A stretch of 64,000 nt of DNA from an uncultured Verrucomicrobiae bacterium (GCA_963772365.1 CAVYXA010000001.1:1344001-1408000), one strand, 5' to 3'; shown: positions 46,858 through 57,162, counted from the first letter of the stretch. Notes: generated by a model not told the origin, from the letters alone. Program-made: numbers and translations.

Positions 46858-47892
46858 TTAGCGTGTGATAAAAATCCTTTTTGCCCGGCGGCGAGCGTGT
46901 CGATCCTGCGGCAGATTCACTTTTGCCACGCCGCCATCACGATCCAAAAGCGAGCGAACACGCTCAACGATCTCAAAGCTCACATTCGGAATATTATGCG
47001 CGCGCAGCCATCCCAGAATTCGCCGACGCTGAACTGCCACGGTCAGGGCGCGCAGCTTTTCCACTGGAAGATCGATCTCGTTCCCGTAGGGCAATTGATT
47101 ATCGATCCAACTTTCTTCTTCGGCCAGAATGGTCGCCGTTCGCCAAATGTTCTGGCGAATATTCCGCCCCACTTCTTTTTCGAGATATGGAATGATTTTG
47201 CGGCGAAACCTATTTCGAAGTGGCCCCAAACTCTTGTTGGATGCGTCTTCCCGGAATTTCAGTCGATGCACACGAATGTATCTGTCGATATCAGTGCGCC
47301 AGATGCCAAGCAGCGGTCGGACAATTGTAAGATCGACATCGTCCACCCGACGCGTGGAAATCTCGCGCATGGCGGCAAGGCCGCTGGTGCCGGCACCGCG
47401 GAACAAGTTGATCAGAAATGTCTCGACAAGATCGTCAGCGTGGTGACCGAGAAAAATCGTGCGACATCGACGACGTTTCGCGATCCGCGCGAAGAAAGAA
47501 TAGCGCGCTTCGCGCCCGGCGGCTTCGATCGACATCTTTCTTTCTTTCGCAAGCGTGCGCACATTCGCCGAGCCGAGCGCAAACTCGAGATGCCCCAATC
47601 GCATTGTAGGGCGAGCGCTTCGCTTGCCCGCGCGACTCGGCAGGCGGAGCGCCTGCCCTACAGTTTTGGCGTTGTAATTGGCGATGAGCCTTTCGACAAA
47701 GCGCGCGTCGGCATCGCTCGATCGTCCGCGAAGCTGATGGTTAAAATGGCAGACGATCAGTTTCTGATAACCAAGATCGACAAGGTAATGCAGCAGCGCT
47801 ACGGAATCGCGTCCGCCGGAAACGCCGATCAGGTATCGCTTCTCCCGCGGTAACCCGCGAAGCACAGCTGACTTATTTTGAATCCAATTCAT
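46858..47892 (-). CDS. tilS: tRNA(Ile)-lysidine synthetase
   Basis: SGGRDS PP-loop, 'HFNHQLR', 'GHHADDLVET', 'RPLL', 'EDASN', 'RNRFR'. Confidence 0.95.
   Translation of the reverse strand: MNWIQNKSAVLRGLPREKRYLIGVSGGRDSVALLHYLVDLGYQKLIVCHFNHQLRGRSSDADARFVERLIANYNAKTVGQALRLPSRAGKRSARPTMRLGHLEFALGSANVRTLAKERKMSIEAAGREARYSFFARIAKRRRCRTIFLGHHADDLVETFLINLFRGAGTSGLAAMREISTRRVDDVDLTIVRPLLGIWRTDIDRYIRVHRLKFREDASNKSLGPLRNRFRRKIIPYLEKEVGRNIRQNIWRTATILAEEESWIDNQLPYGNEIDLPVEKLRALTVAVQRRRILGWLRAHNIPNVSFEIVERVRSLLDRDGGVAKVNLPQDRHARRRAKRIFITR
47605..47662. repeat. GTAG-type REP doublet inside tilS
   Basis: TGTAGGGC...GCCCTACA; 3' half 23/24 identical to the intergenic copy at 59715-59767. Confidence 0.9.
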
Positions 47893-47989
47893 TCCGTAGC
47901 CGCATCGAACGTTTAGAGATTCAAGATGAATGATCCAATGTTTAGACAAAAGGAGAACCCGGCGACGTTTGAAGGGAAAGGAAGAACTT

Positions 47990-48220
47990 ATGAATAGGGC
48001 AATGGAAACTACTTATGCACTGTTGATTCGCTCAGAAGAAGTGGGACGCAGCATCGTGGAGACAATAGTGTATGCGGTGCTCGGGTTGAGCGTGATCGTG
48101 TCGATCCTGCTCTTCGTTCAGCAGCAGGACCGGGTGCCGGCGAGTCTGACATCACAGACCTATGGTATTCCGCACTTTACGCAGCACCAAGCGATGCCGG
48201 TTTTGAGCAGGAAATCCTAA
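47990..48220 (+). CDS. Small hypothetical membrane protein
   Basis: AAGGA RBS; one TM segment; fills the gap between tilS and the TetR gene. Confidence 0.6.
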   Translation: MNRAMETTYALLIRSEEVGRSIVETIVYAVLGLSVIVSILLFVQQQDRVPASLTSQTYGIPHFTQHQAMPVLSRKS

Positions 48221-48283
48221 AGGATCTTCCAGAGCGTTTACCTTGCTCCGAATCGAGGAACGAATGACGGGCAAAGAGCGGAT

Positions 48284-48312
48284 TTGACAATGAATGAACG
48301 TTCATTCACATT
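48284..48312 (+). promoter_or_regulatory. Promoter with TetR-type operator
   Basis: TTGACA at 48284 followed by perfect palindrome TGAATGAACGTTCATTCA (48291-48308). Confidence 0.8.
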
Positions 48313-48321
48313 GCCAGCCTT

Positions 48322-48954
48322 ATGTCCCAAGCCCAGGTCGAGCCATCCTCTTCAGATCGCCCAACCCAGATCCTCGAAGCTGCCCTCGTTTGCTTTGCCA
48401 AACGCGGGTTCCATCAAACCAGTATGCATGACATCAGCGCCGAGGCTGGAATTAGCGTTGGCCTGATCTATCGCTATTTCGAAAACAAGGACGCCGTTAT
48501 CTCGGCGATGGCAGCGCGTCACAAAAATGAGATCCAAGAGATGCTGGAGCGCGCCCGCCACGCTCCGACGTTGCTTGAGTCGCTGGAAATTCTTTTTACC
48601 GCGCATTGCTGCGAGGAGGAGCCGCGGCTGGTCTCGGCTTTCGTTGTCGATCTTTACGCAGAAGCTTCCCGCAACCCCGGCATGGCTGATTTGGTGAGAG
48701 ACGTTTTGAAAACAGCCATGGATGGTGTGACGGATTTAATTTCTCGCGCGCCGGAAACACGTGAGGTAGCACGCGATCTGGCTCCGGCAGAATTGGCCGA
48801 ATTAATTTTTGCAGTCGCTCGAGGAATGCTCATGTTGGATGTGCTGCGTCCGCCAGAAATGACCGCTGCCGAGCGGCGGACGCGACAGCTCGCCGTAACT
48901 CGTATGTTATGGCGCTTGCTCTTCAACCCGGAGACCGAACCCACTTATGCATGA
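48322..48954 (+). CDS. TetR/AcrR family regulator
   Basis: 'ILEAALVCFAKRGFHQTSMHDISAEAGISVGLIYRYFENK'. Confidence 0.95.
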   Translation: MSQAQVEPSSSDRPTQILEAALVCFAKRGFHQTSMHDISAEAGISVGLIYRYFENKDAVISAMAARHKNEIQEMLERARHAPTLLESLEILFTAHCCEEEPRLVSAFVVDLYAEASRNPGMADLVRDVLKTAMDGVTDLISRAPETREVARDLAPAELAELIFAVARGMLMLDVLRPPEMTAAERRTRQLAVTRMLWRLLFNPETEPTYA

Positions 48955-50278
48955 CGTAGCCAAACCCAGAACCATCGAAAATCGATTCAAATCGATCGGC
49001 AAAAAAATTTTCCTGCTGATCGTGTTAGTCGTGGCTTTGCTGGGCCTGATCATCGTGCTCAAGCTGCTGGGCTTTGGAGTTATGCCCATCATCGTCACGG
49101 TTTTTACTTTTCTCGTGATACTCTTCGGCATTTTGTCGTTTCGCCGATTTCGCCGCAGCCGAACCACATCCGGGGCGGTGTTCGCGGTTCTCGGTCTGCT
49201 CTGCCTGCTTCTGGATGTAAAAGCGATGCAGTTCAACAAGATGATGTCTTCCCCTATGCAGATGCCTCCCACGACGGTATCGAGCACAGTAGTGAAAGAG
49301 GAAGACTGGGCGCCGGTGTTTTCATCAGTTGGAAGTATTTCGGCTGTGCAAGGCGCGGTCGTTTCGACTGAATTGGGCGGCGTTGTCGCTGAAATAGGGT
49401 TTCAAAATGGTGGCGAGGCGAAAAAAGGTGACGTGCTCATGAGACTCGATGCATCGGCTGAAGAAGGGCAGCTGAAAACTGCGGAGGCGGATTTGGAATT
49501 GGCCCGGTCGGATTTGGAACGCGCGCACGATCTGGCGAAGCGGAAAGTGATTTCGAAAGCGGAACTCGACAGTGCCGAATCGAAATTCAAGCAAAAGGAA
49601 GGCGCCGTTGAACAGATGCGTTCGATGATTAGCAAGAAGGAAGTTCGGGCGCCTTTCGATGGGCAACTTGGCATTCGCCAGGTCAACGTGGGCCAGACGA
49701 TTAATGCTGGTCAGCAACTTGTCGCGCTGACCTCGCTCGATCCGGTGTATGTCGATTTTGCTTTGCCGCAACAAGACTTGCCAAAAATTTCCACCGGAGT
49801 TGAAGCCCGGGTCCATTCGGACGCGCTGCCGGGCCAGGAATTCAACGGCAAACTTACGGCGATCAATTCGGTCGTTGATGCGGCAACGCGAAATGTGATG
49901 CTCCAGGCAACGCTCGAAAATCCCGACCACGCGTTGCGACCAGGAATGTTCGTCAAGATCGACGTCGTGCTGCCGGAGAAAAAGAAGACGCTCGCAATTC
50001 CGGGTAGCGCAGTTTCGTATGCGCCTTACGGCGACTCCGTATTTGTGATTGAGAAGAAGAAAGATCCGAAAACGGGCAAGGAATCGCAGGAAATTCGGCA
50101 GCAGTTTGTTCGGATCGGCGAGGCGCGCGGCGACTTTGTTGCAGTGATGGAAGGATTAAAAGCCGGCCAAACGGTTGTCAGCACGGGGGTTTTCAAACTG
50201 CGTAATGGAATGGCGGTCACAATCAACAATGACCTCGCGCCAAAGCCGCAGTTGAATCCAAAACCGGTCGATTCATGA
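48947..50278 (+). CDS. RND efflux periplasmic adaptor (MFP)
   Basis: Lipoyl/hairpin motifs, 'RAPFDGQLGIRQVNVGQ', 'LRPGMF'. Confidence 0.93.
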   Translation: MHDVAKPRTIENRFKSIGKKIFLLIVLVVALLGLIIVLKLLGFGVMPIIVTVFTFLVILFGILSFRRFRRSRTTSGAVFAVLGLLCLLLDVKAMQFNKMMSSPMQMPPTTVSSTVVKEEDWAPVFSSVGSISAVQGAVVSTELGGVVAEIGFQNGGEAKKGDVLMRLDASAEEGQLKTAEADLELARSDLERAHDLAKRKVISKAELDSAESKFKQKEGAVEQMRSMISKKEVRAPFDGQLGIRQVNVGQTINAGQQLVALTSLDPVYVDFALPQQDLPKISTGVEARVHSDALPGQEFNGKLTAINSVVDAATRNVMLQATLENPDHALRPGMFVKIDVVLPEKKKTLAIPGSAVSYAPYGDSVFVIEKKKDPKTGKESQEIRQQFVRIGEARGDFVAVMEGLKAGQTVVSTGVFKLRNGMAVTINNDLAPKPQLNPKPVDS

Positions 50279-50296
50279 TTAGAAAGAATCGAAATT

Positions 50297-50363
50297 TGTT
50301 ACATCGTTCCATCGTTCAATCGGGCTGCCGATTTAACGTTTCAACGTTTCAACGATTCAACGA
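50297..50363. repeat. Inverted pair of degenerate 8-mer tandem arrays, second copy
   Basis: TGTTACATCGTTCCATCGTTCAATCG ... CGATTTAACGTTTCAACGTTTCAACGATTCAACGA. Confidence 0.75.
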
Positions 50364-50372
50364 AGCCGAGTC

Positions 50373-53300
50373 ATGAAATCGTTTACCGATCTTTTCATCA
50401 AGCGACCGGTGCTGGCGATTGTCGTCAGCCTGGTGATTCTCATCGCCGGATTGCAGGCGATTAAGACGATCAACGTCCGGCAATATCCGCGCAGCGACAT
50501 TGCCTCGATCACGGTCACGACTGTTTACGTCGGCGCGGATGCGGAACTCGTTCGTGGATTCATCACCACGCCGATCGAGCGGGCGATCGCGGCGGCCGAC
50601 GGCATCGATTACATCCAGTCCCAAAGCACACAGGGACTCTCGACGATCACTGCGCGCTTGAAGCTGAACTACGACGCAAACAAAGCGCTGTCAGACATCA
50701 GCTCAAGGGTTACTGCGATTCGGAACAATCTCCCGCCGGAATCACAGATTCCGGTCATCGCGATTCAGGCGGCTGATTCACAATTTGCTTCGGCGTATTT
50801 GAGTTTCACTTCGAATATTCTCCAGCCAAACGAAGTCACCGATTATCTGGTTCGGCTGGTGCAACCGCGATTGACCGCAGTGAGCGGCGTGCAGAAAGCG
50901 GACATTTTGGGCGGACGCACGTTTGCCATGCGGATCTGGATGAAGCCGGACCGAATGGCGGCGTTGAACATTTCGCCGAGTGACGTTCGCAGTGCCCTGT
51001 CCAAAAATAATTTCCTTGCCGCTGTCGGCAGCACCAAAGGTTCGCTGCTTCAGGTCAACCTGACCGCGAACACAGATCTGCACACGGCTGATCAATTCAA
51101 ACAACTCGTAGTCAAACAGGACAAGGACACGCTAGTCAGGCTGGGTGACATCGCCGACGTCGTTCTCGGGGCGGAAGATTACAACACGGAAGTTCGTTTC
51201 TCCGGGCAGAAAGCGGTCTTCATGGGCATCTGGGTTCTGCCAAACGCGAACTCTGTCGAAGTAGTCAAAAACGTTCGCGCCGAGCTCGATCAAATTAAAA
51301 AAGAACTTCCCACCGGCATGCAGGCCGAGATGGCCTACGACGCCACCGCTTACATCAACGACGCCATTCACGAAGTCGTAAAGACGCTCATCGACACATT
51401 GCTCATCGTGATGCTCGTTATCTTTTTGTTCCTTGGTTCGCTGCGGTCCGTAATCGTGCCCGTGGTCGCGATCCCTATTTCTCTCATCGGTGCGCTGTTT
51501 TTGATGCAGGTGTTTGGTTTTACGCTCAACCTGCTCACGCTCCTCGCGATTGTCCTGTCGGTCGGATTGGTCGTGGACGACGCGATTGTTGTCGTCGAAA
51601 ACGTCGAACGTCACATCGCGGAAGGAATGTCGCGCATGCAAGCGGCCCTGGTCGGCGCACGCGAATTAATCGGCCCGATCATCGCGATGACGATTACTCT
51701 GGCCGCCGTTTACACGCCAATCGCACTGCAGGGCGGATTGACTGGCGCCCTGTTCCGAGAATTTGCACTCACTTTGGCAGGCGCGGTTTTCATTTCCGGT
51801 GTCGTTGCATTGGTGTTGTCACCGATGATGTCGTCATATCTTTTGCCGCCGCACCACATCGAACATGGATTCAAAGGCTGGGTCGACCGGACGTTTGATC
51901 GATTCCGCGACTGGTACGGAAATCATCTGGACCGGACCCTTCAAGCCCGCCGCGCAGCTTACATTATCTGGGGGGGAATTTCCGCGCTCGCCATTTTGAT
52001 GTTCCTCGCGATTCCGAAAGTGGCGACTAAGGAATTGGCGCCGAAAGAAGATCAGGGAGTGATTTTTGGGATCATGACTGCGCCGGCCAACGCAACTATC
52101 GACGACACGATTCGCTATGCCGACGCCGCCGGAAAGATTTTCAAAGATATCCCGGACACGCGTTTCACGTTTCAAATCACAAATCCGAGCGGTGGTTTTG
52201 GTGGAATGGTCTTAAAGCCGTGGGGCACCCGCACAACGCCGACGAAAGATTATCTGCCCATTGTGCAGAAGAAGCTCGCCGCCATCCCCGCGATTCAAAT
52301 GTTCCCGATCATGCCTGAGGCGCTTCCGGGCAGCGATAATTTTCCGGTAAGCTTCGTGATAGCTTCGACAGCGGACCAGGAACGCATTTTGGAGTTTGCC
52401 AAGCAGATCTTCCAAAAGGCAATGCAGGCGCACGTATTCCAGTTTGGCGATATCGACACCAAGATCGACCAGCCTCAGGCCCAGATCGTTCTGGATCATG
52501 ACAAGATCTCGACCATGGGACTCAGTATGCAACAGATCGGGGCGGACCTTTCGGCCAGCATCGGCGGCAATTACGTCAACTGGTTCAACATGGAAGGATT
52601 GAGTTATAAAGTCATTCCGCAGATCAAACGCGTGGACCGATTAAACCCGGAGCAGCTGAAGAACATTTATGTGACCGGCCCCGATAATCATCTGATCCCT
52701 CTTAGCACGATCGCTCACATCAAGCATCGGACCGTCGCTCGCTCATTGAATCGAATGCAACAGCTGAACGCTGTCACGATCAGTGGCGTCCCGGCCGGTT
52801 CCGTGGATTCCACGCTGAAGTTTCTGGAAAACGAAGCCCACAATATTCTGCCGGCGGGTTACGTGATCGATTACACGGGCGGTTCTCGCCAGCTTCGACT
52901 TGAAGGAAACAATTTTGCCAGCGTCTTTCTGCTTGCCATTGTGCTGATCTTTCTTGTTCTCGCGGCGCAGTTTAACAGTTTCCGCGATCCGTTGATCATT
53001 CTGCTTGGCTCAGTGCCGCTGGCGATGTTCGGGGCGGCGATTTTCATGTTCTTGAAGATGCCGTTCGGACAATTTTTTACCGATCACTTCACCACATCCT
53101 TCAACATCTACTCGCAGGTCGGTCTGGTCACGCTGGTTGGTCTCGTTTCCAAGAACGGAATTCTAATCGTGCAGTTCGCAAATGAGTTGCAACGCGGCGG
53201 GATGACCAAGATTGTCGCCGTCGCCCAGGCCGCACGAATTCGTTTGCGACCGATTATGATGACCAGTGTTGCGACTGTCGCAGGTCACTTCCCATTAACA

Positions 53301-53549
53301 CTCGTCACTGGCGCCGGCGCGGCTGCGCGAAACTCCATCGGTTTAGTTCTGGTTGGCGGAATGACGATTGGAACCATTTTCACGCTGTTTATCGTGCCGT
53401 GCCTCTACATGCTGTTGGCAAAAGAGCATCACGAGAAATCGTTAATGGATGCCGATGGCGAAGATCTCGAGGAAGATGTCGATGTTACGCGCGAGCTTGC
53501 GCCAGCCATGGCGCCCGACGGAAACGGCAACGGCTGGAAAAAAATGTAG
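50373..53549 (+). CDS. RND efflux permease (AcrB/MexW-like)
   Basis: 'FIKRPVLA', 'GLVVDDAIVVVEN', 'KNGILIV', 'RLRPIMMT'. Confidence 0.97.
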   Translation: MKSFTDLFIKRPVLAIVVSLVILIAGLQAIKTINVRQYPRSDIASITVTTVYVGADAELVRGFITTPIERAIAAADGIDYIQSQSTQGLSTITARLKLNYDANKALSDISSRVTAIRNNLPPESQIPVIAIQAADSQFASAYLSFTSNILQPNEVTDYLVRLVQPRLTAVSGVQKADILGGRTFAMRIWMKPDRMAALNISPSDVRSALSKNNFLAAVGSTKGSLLQVNLTANTDLHTADQFKQLVVKQDKDTLVRLGDIADVVLGAEDYNTEVRFSGQKAVFMGIWVLPNANSVEVVKNVRAELDQIKKELPTGMQAEMAYDATAYINDAIHEVVKTLIDTLLIVMLVIFLFLGSLRSVIVPVVAIPISLIGALFLMQVFGFTLNLLTLLAIVLSVGLVVDDAIVVVENVERHIAEGMSRMQAALVGARELIGPIIAMTITLAAVYTPIALQGGLTGALFREFALTLAGAVFISGVVALVLSPMMSSYLLPPHHIEHGFKGWVDRTFDRFRDWYGNHLDRTLQARRAAYIIWGGISALAILMFLAIPKVATKELAPKEDQGVIFGIMTAPANATIDDTIRYADAAGKIFKDIPDTRFTFQITNPSGGFGGMVLKPWGTRTTPTKDYLPIVQKKLAAIPAIQMFPIMPEALPGSDNFPVSFVIASTADQERILEFAKQIFQKAMQAHVFQFGDIDTKIDQPQAQIVLDHDKISTMGLSMQQIGADLSASIGGNYVNWFNMEGLSYKVIPQIKRVDRLNPEQLKNIYVTGPDNHLIPLSTIAHIKHRTVARSLNRMQQLNAVTISGVPAGSVDSTLKFLENEAHNILPAGYVIDYTGGSRQLRLEGNNFASVFLLAIVLIFLVLAAQFNSFRDPLIILLGSVPLAMFGAAIFMFLKMPFGQFFTDHFTTSFNIYSQVGLVTLVGLVSKNGILIVQFANELQRGGMTKIVAVAQAARIRLRPIMMTSVATVAGHFPLTLVTGAGAAARNSIGLVLVGGMTIGTIFTLFIVPCLYMLLAKEHHEKSLMDADGEDLEEDVDVTRELAPAMAPDGNGNGWKKM

Positions 53550-53565
53550 GGATGCGGTGAACCGC

Positions 53566-54381
53566 ATGGCCGCACCTGCGACCAACAAATCAGCGGGACC
53601 AGGTTCCGCGATAACCGCGCCGCCGGAACGTGCTGACGAAATCTTTCTGGAAGGCCCGCGGTCGCGGTTTGCTGAAACCGTCACTTTGTTCCGGGTGATG
53701 CGCGATTTTGTTCGCGGATTTCGAGTGCTTCACTTCGTTGGGCCGTGCGTAACGGTTTTTGGTTCGGCTCGAATTCAGCCGGAAGATCCTGCTTACGAGC
53801 TCGCCCGCAAAATGGGAGCGGCCATTGCCCGCCTCGGTTTTACCGTCATGACCGGAGGAGGCCCGGGAATTATGGAAGCGGCGAATCGCGGCGCGAAAGA
53901 AGTCGGTGGCCGTTCCGTAGGCTGCAATATTGAACTACCGTTCGAGCAAGGATCGAACGATTACCTCGATCGCTGTGTTCGGCTGCATTACTTCTTCGTC
54001 CGCAAGGCGCTGCTCGTAAAATATTCGTACGCGTTCGTTGTCATGCAGGGCGGAGCAGGGACCACCGACGAGCTTTCCGAAGCGCTCACTCTCATCCAAA
54101 CCGGCAAGATCAAGAACTTTCCCATCGTTCTCATGGGAACGGATTACTGGAGTGACCTGCTGGCCATGATCAGGAAAATGGCGGATACGAGGATGATCGA
54201 CAGTAATGATTTGAATTTACTCTACGCGACCGATTCAGTGGAAGAGGCAATCGAGCACATTCGCAGCAAAACCATCGAACCATTCGGACTCAAACGAGTC
54301 ATGCGGGCCCGTCGAACTTTTCCCTGGCTCGGCGAACGCGCGTTGGAGAACAACGCGGCATCCGAGCTCGCAGAGCCGTGA
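53566..54381 (+). CDS. LOG family (TIGR00730) nucleotide phosphoribohydrolase-like protein
   Basis: 'VTVFGSAR', 'TGGGPGIMEAANRGA', 'YFFVRK', 'GGAGTTDE'. Confidence 0.92.
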   Translation: MAAPATNKSAGPGSAITAPPERADEIFLEGPRSRFAETVTLFRVMRDFVRGFRVLHFVGPCVTVFGSARIQPEDPAYELARKMGAAIARLGFTVMTGGGPGIMEAANRGAKEVGGRSVGCNIELPFEQGSNDYLDRCVRLHYFFVRKALLVKYSYAFVVMQGGAGTTDELSEALTLIQTGKIKNFPIVLMGTDYWSDLLAMIRKMADTRMIDSNDLNLLYATDSVEEAIEHIRSKTIEPFGLKRVMRARRTFPWLGERALENNAASELAEP

Positions 54382-54396
54382 AAGTCGGCATCAATC

Positions 54397-55250
54397 TCAC
54401 TTGAGACCGAAGCTTGGAAGAATGCTTTTCTCCATTGCCTCCGAAAACGTGGGATAGCGTGGAACCCAACCGAGCTTTCGCAATTTGGAATTGCTGATCC
54501 GTTTGTTGCTATCACCGCGCTTCCGGGGCGGCGTCGATCCTGCAATCGGCGGGAGCGGCCGATTGAGTTTCCCGGCCAGCCAACGATAGACCTCGCTCCG
54601 CAAAATTGGTTTATCGTCAACTACATTATAAATCTCGCCTGCCGGAGCAGGGCGATCGATCAACAGAAAAAGCGCCGTGGCGATATCATCGCGATGGACT
54701 TGGTTCACGAAACGATCATTCTCAAGATCAATGACTGCTTCCCCTGCGAGAAACTTCTGCAGCATCGCCGCGCGCCTCGGTCCATAGATTCCCGCCAGCC
54801 GCGCGACGATCCCGCCGCTTTTCCGACCGTATTTTCCGTTTCGAGAAGAATCCGGCTCGTTTCAGCCGCGGGTTTTGTCTCGCTTTCCTCCGTTACCCAC
54901 GATCCATCGCGCTGGGCATAAACGCTCGTGCTGCTGGTAAAAAGAATTGTCGATCCTGCGTAGCGATCACAAAGGTTGCGCGCGCCTTCGAGATAAGTTC
55001 GGCGGTAAAGATCGACATTGCCGCCACGCGTGCTCGGGCAATGAATCACAAAATCGAAACTCTCCGGCCGCTGCCCAATTTCGCGAGCGTTTCCCACATC
55101 GACCGCGATTACGGGATACGGTTTTTCGGACAGACTAGCAGCAGATTCATCGGATCGCGTCCAGCCTTGCACTTCCCAGCCGGCCGCATGAAACAGATCG
55201 GCTGTGGCCGTTCCTACATAACCGCACCCAGCGATCAGAATTCGCGGCAT
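54397..55250 (-). CDS. NAD-dependent epimerase/SDR (YeeZ-like; frameshift near 54810)
   Basis: 'ILIAGCGYVG', 'FTSSTSVY', 'NQVHRDD', 'KRISNSKL'. Confidence 0.88.
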
Positions 55251-55263
55251 CGATTGTCGATCC

Positions 55264-55989
55264 TCACGCCGCAGCCGGGGCGATTTCAATTTCATCGAAG
55301 ACACTTTTTTGAATTGCCCGGACCTGCTTCAAACGAATCAATTCGAGCAATGCCAGAAAAGTGACTACTACTTCGAGGCGCGACGCGACGGATTCGAACA
55401 ACGCTGAGAACGATAGCGGTGCACCGCCGCTGATTCGCTGCAGGATGACTTCAATTTTATCCGAGACACTGAAATGTTCGCCGAAAATTTCCGTCAGGTT
55501 CTCTCTTTCTTCCACGCGCTTGATCACGTTTTGAAATGCGTTGATCAATTGAAAAATTCCAACCTCCGCGAGACGAAGCGGTCCGCTCTCGATTTCCAAA
55601 ACCCCGCTCTCGCGTGTGAAAATACGCTCCTGCTCGAGCTCGCGCAGGTGTAACTGTCCGGCTGCCTCTTTGAACTTCTTGTATTCGATCAACTGACGGA
55701 TCAAATCCCAGCGCGGATCGTCCTCCTCGGCTTCTTCATCGGGTGGCTGTTGATCGAGCGGGAGAAGACTGCGGCTCTTCAGGTAAATCAAATTTGCAGC
55801 CATTACGATGAACTCGCCGGCCAGATCGATGTTTAATTCCTTGAAAGCCTGAAGGTATTCAAGGTATTGCCGGGTAAGCCGTTCCAGCGAGATATCGTAG
55901 ATGTCGATCTCGTCGCGTTTGATGAGGTAGAGCAACAGATCGAGAGGTCCTTCGAAAATCTCGAGCTTAACCTTGTAATCAGTTTCCAT
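55264..55989 (-). CDS. scpA: Segregation and condensation protein A
   Basis: 'FEGPLDLLLYLI', 'KSRSLLP', 'TFLALLEL'. Confidence 0.96.
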   Translation of the reverse strand: METDYKVKLEIFEGPLDLLLYLIKRDEIDIYDISLERLTRQYLEYLQAFKELNIDLAGEFIVMAANLIYLKSRSLLPLDQQPPDEEAEEDDPRWDLIRQLIEYKKFKEAAGQLHLRELEQERIFTRESGVLEIESGPLRLAEVGIFQLINAFQNVIKRVEERENLTEIFGEHFSVSDKIEVILQRISGGAPLSFSALFESVASRLEVVVTFLALLELIRLKQVRAIQKSVFDEIEIAPAAA

Positions 55990-56049
55990 TCTTCGCGACC
56001 GACTTTAGGCAAGCGCGCGCCAATGTCGATCTTACAGCGCGCAGGAAAC

Positions 56050-57162
56050 TCAGGCCGCGACTTTGCGATGGACCCAGACGCTATTCACGATACCGAGCCC
56101 GAACATGATCATCAGAACAAACGAACCGCTATAACTGATCAGCGGCAATGGCACGCCCGTGATGGGCAAAAGCGCGATGGTCATTCCGACGTTTTGGAAG
56201 ATGTGTGTGAAAACCAGCGCAGTGGTCCCGACAACGAGGAGCAAGCCGAATTGATCGCCTGCGAAAAAGGCAACAAAGAGACAAGTCAGTAATAGTAGGG
56301 CGAAGGCCGCGATCAGAAACATTCCACCCACAAATCCCCATTGCTCGCCAATGGCTGAAAAAATGTAGTCGTTATGCACAGCTGTGGAGGGCAGAAAACC
56401 GAGCTCGATCTGCGTATTGGGCGCCTTAAACCCTTTGCCGGACCATCCGCCAGACCCGATGGCGATGAGGGATTGATTGATTGCCCAGGCTGATCCCTGC
56501 TTGTCGATGTCAGGATTAATGAATGCCGTGATCCGCTGGTATTGGTACGGCTTGAGTCCGAGGTGAATTGCGATTGGCACAAAAGCGATGCCGATCAGGA
56601 TCACGCAAATCAAGTAGCGCAGCGGCAGGCCGGCAACGAACAGCAGGGCTAAAAGCACCGGCGCCCAAATAATGACCTCGCCCAGATCGGGCTGGAGCAG
56701 GATCAAAAGACACGGCGCGCCCGCGATTGCGCCGCAAACCAGGAGTCGCAACATCGGATGCATGTCCCGGAACTGACTCAAGAACAACGCCAGCACCATG
56801 ATGCCGGCGATAACCGCGAGCTGCGCTGGCTGAAAATTGATCGGACCCAAATGAAGCCAACTGCGCGCACCGTACACCTTGGTGCCCATAATCTTGGTCA
56901 GGATTAGGAAGGTGATGCCCGCCAGATACATGGGCAAGGCTCCCCAGCGAATCCAATGGTAGTCGATCAAGCTGGCCACCATGAAGGCGAAGAAACCGAC
57001 CAAAACCCAGTTGGCCTGCTTGCGCCAGAAATCTGCTGTCACCGGGTCCTGGCGCATGTAAGTCGCGCTGTAGATGGCAATAACGCCGAAAATAGCGAGA
57101 GCCATCATCGTCAGGAGGAGTAGCCAGTTGAGCCCGAGCAACTTTCGAAGGAATGGCGTCAT
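56050..57162 (-). CDS. rodA: SEDS family rod-shape protein RodA
   Basis: 'GARSW', 'LQPDLG', 'QSLIAIGSGG', 'HNDYIFS', 'LPLISYSGS'. Confidence 0.9.
   Translation of the reverse strand: MTPFLRKLLGLNWLLLLTMMALAIFGVIAIYSATYMRQDPVTADFWRKQANWVLVGFFAFMVASLIDYHWIRWGALPMYLAGITFLILTKIMGTKVYGARSWLHLGPINFQPAQLAVIAGIMVLALFLSQFRDMHPMLRLLVCGAIAGAPCLLILLQPDLGEVIIWAPVLLALLFVAGLPLRYLICVILIGIAFVPIAIHLGLKPYQYQRITAFINPDIDKQGSAWAINQSLIAIGSGGWSGKGFKAPNTQIELGFLPSTAVHNDYIFSAIGEQWGFVGGMFLIAAFALLLLTCLFVAFFAGDQFGLLLVVGTTALVFTHIFQNVGMTIALLPITGVPLPLISYSGSFVLMIMFGLGIVNSVWVHRKVAA

Noticed and set aside
46714..47853. Long plus-strand ORF of 379 aa
   Set aside because: Antisense shadow of tilS with no recognisable motifs
53566..54381. 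LOG plus short MiaA as a cytokinin pathway
   Set aside because: Genes are 35 kb apart, both families are widespread, and nothing in the sequence links them
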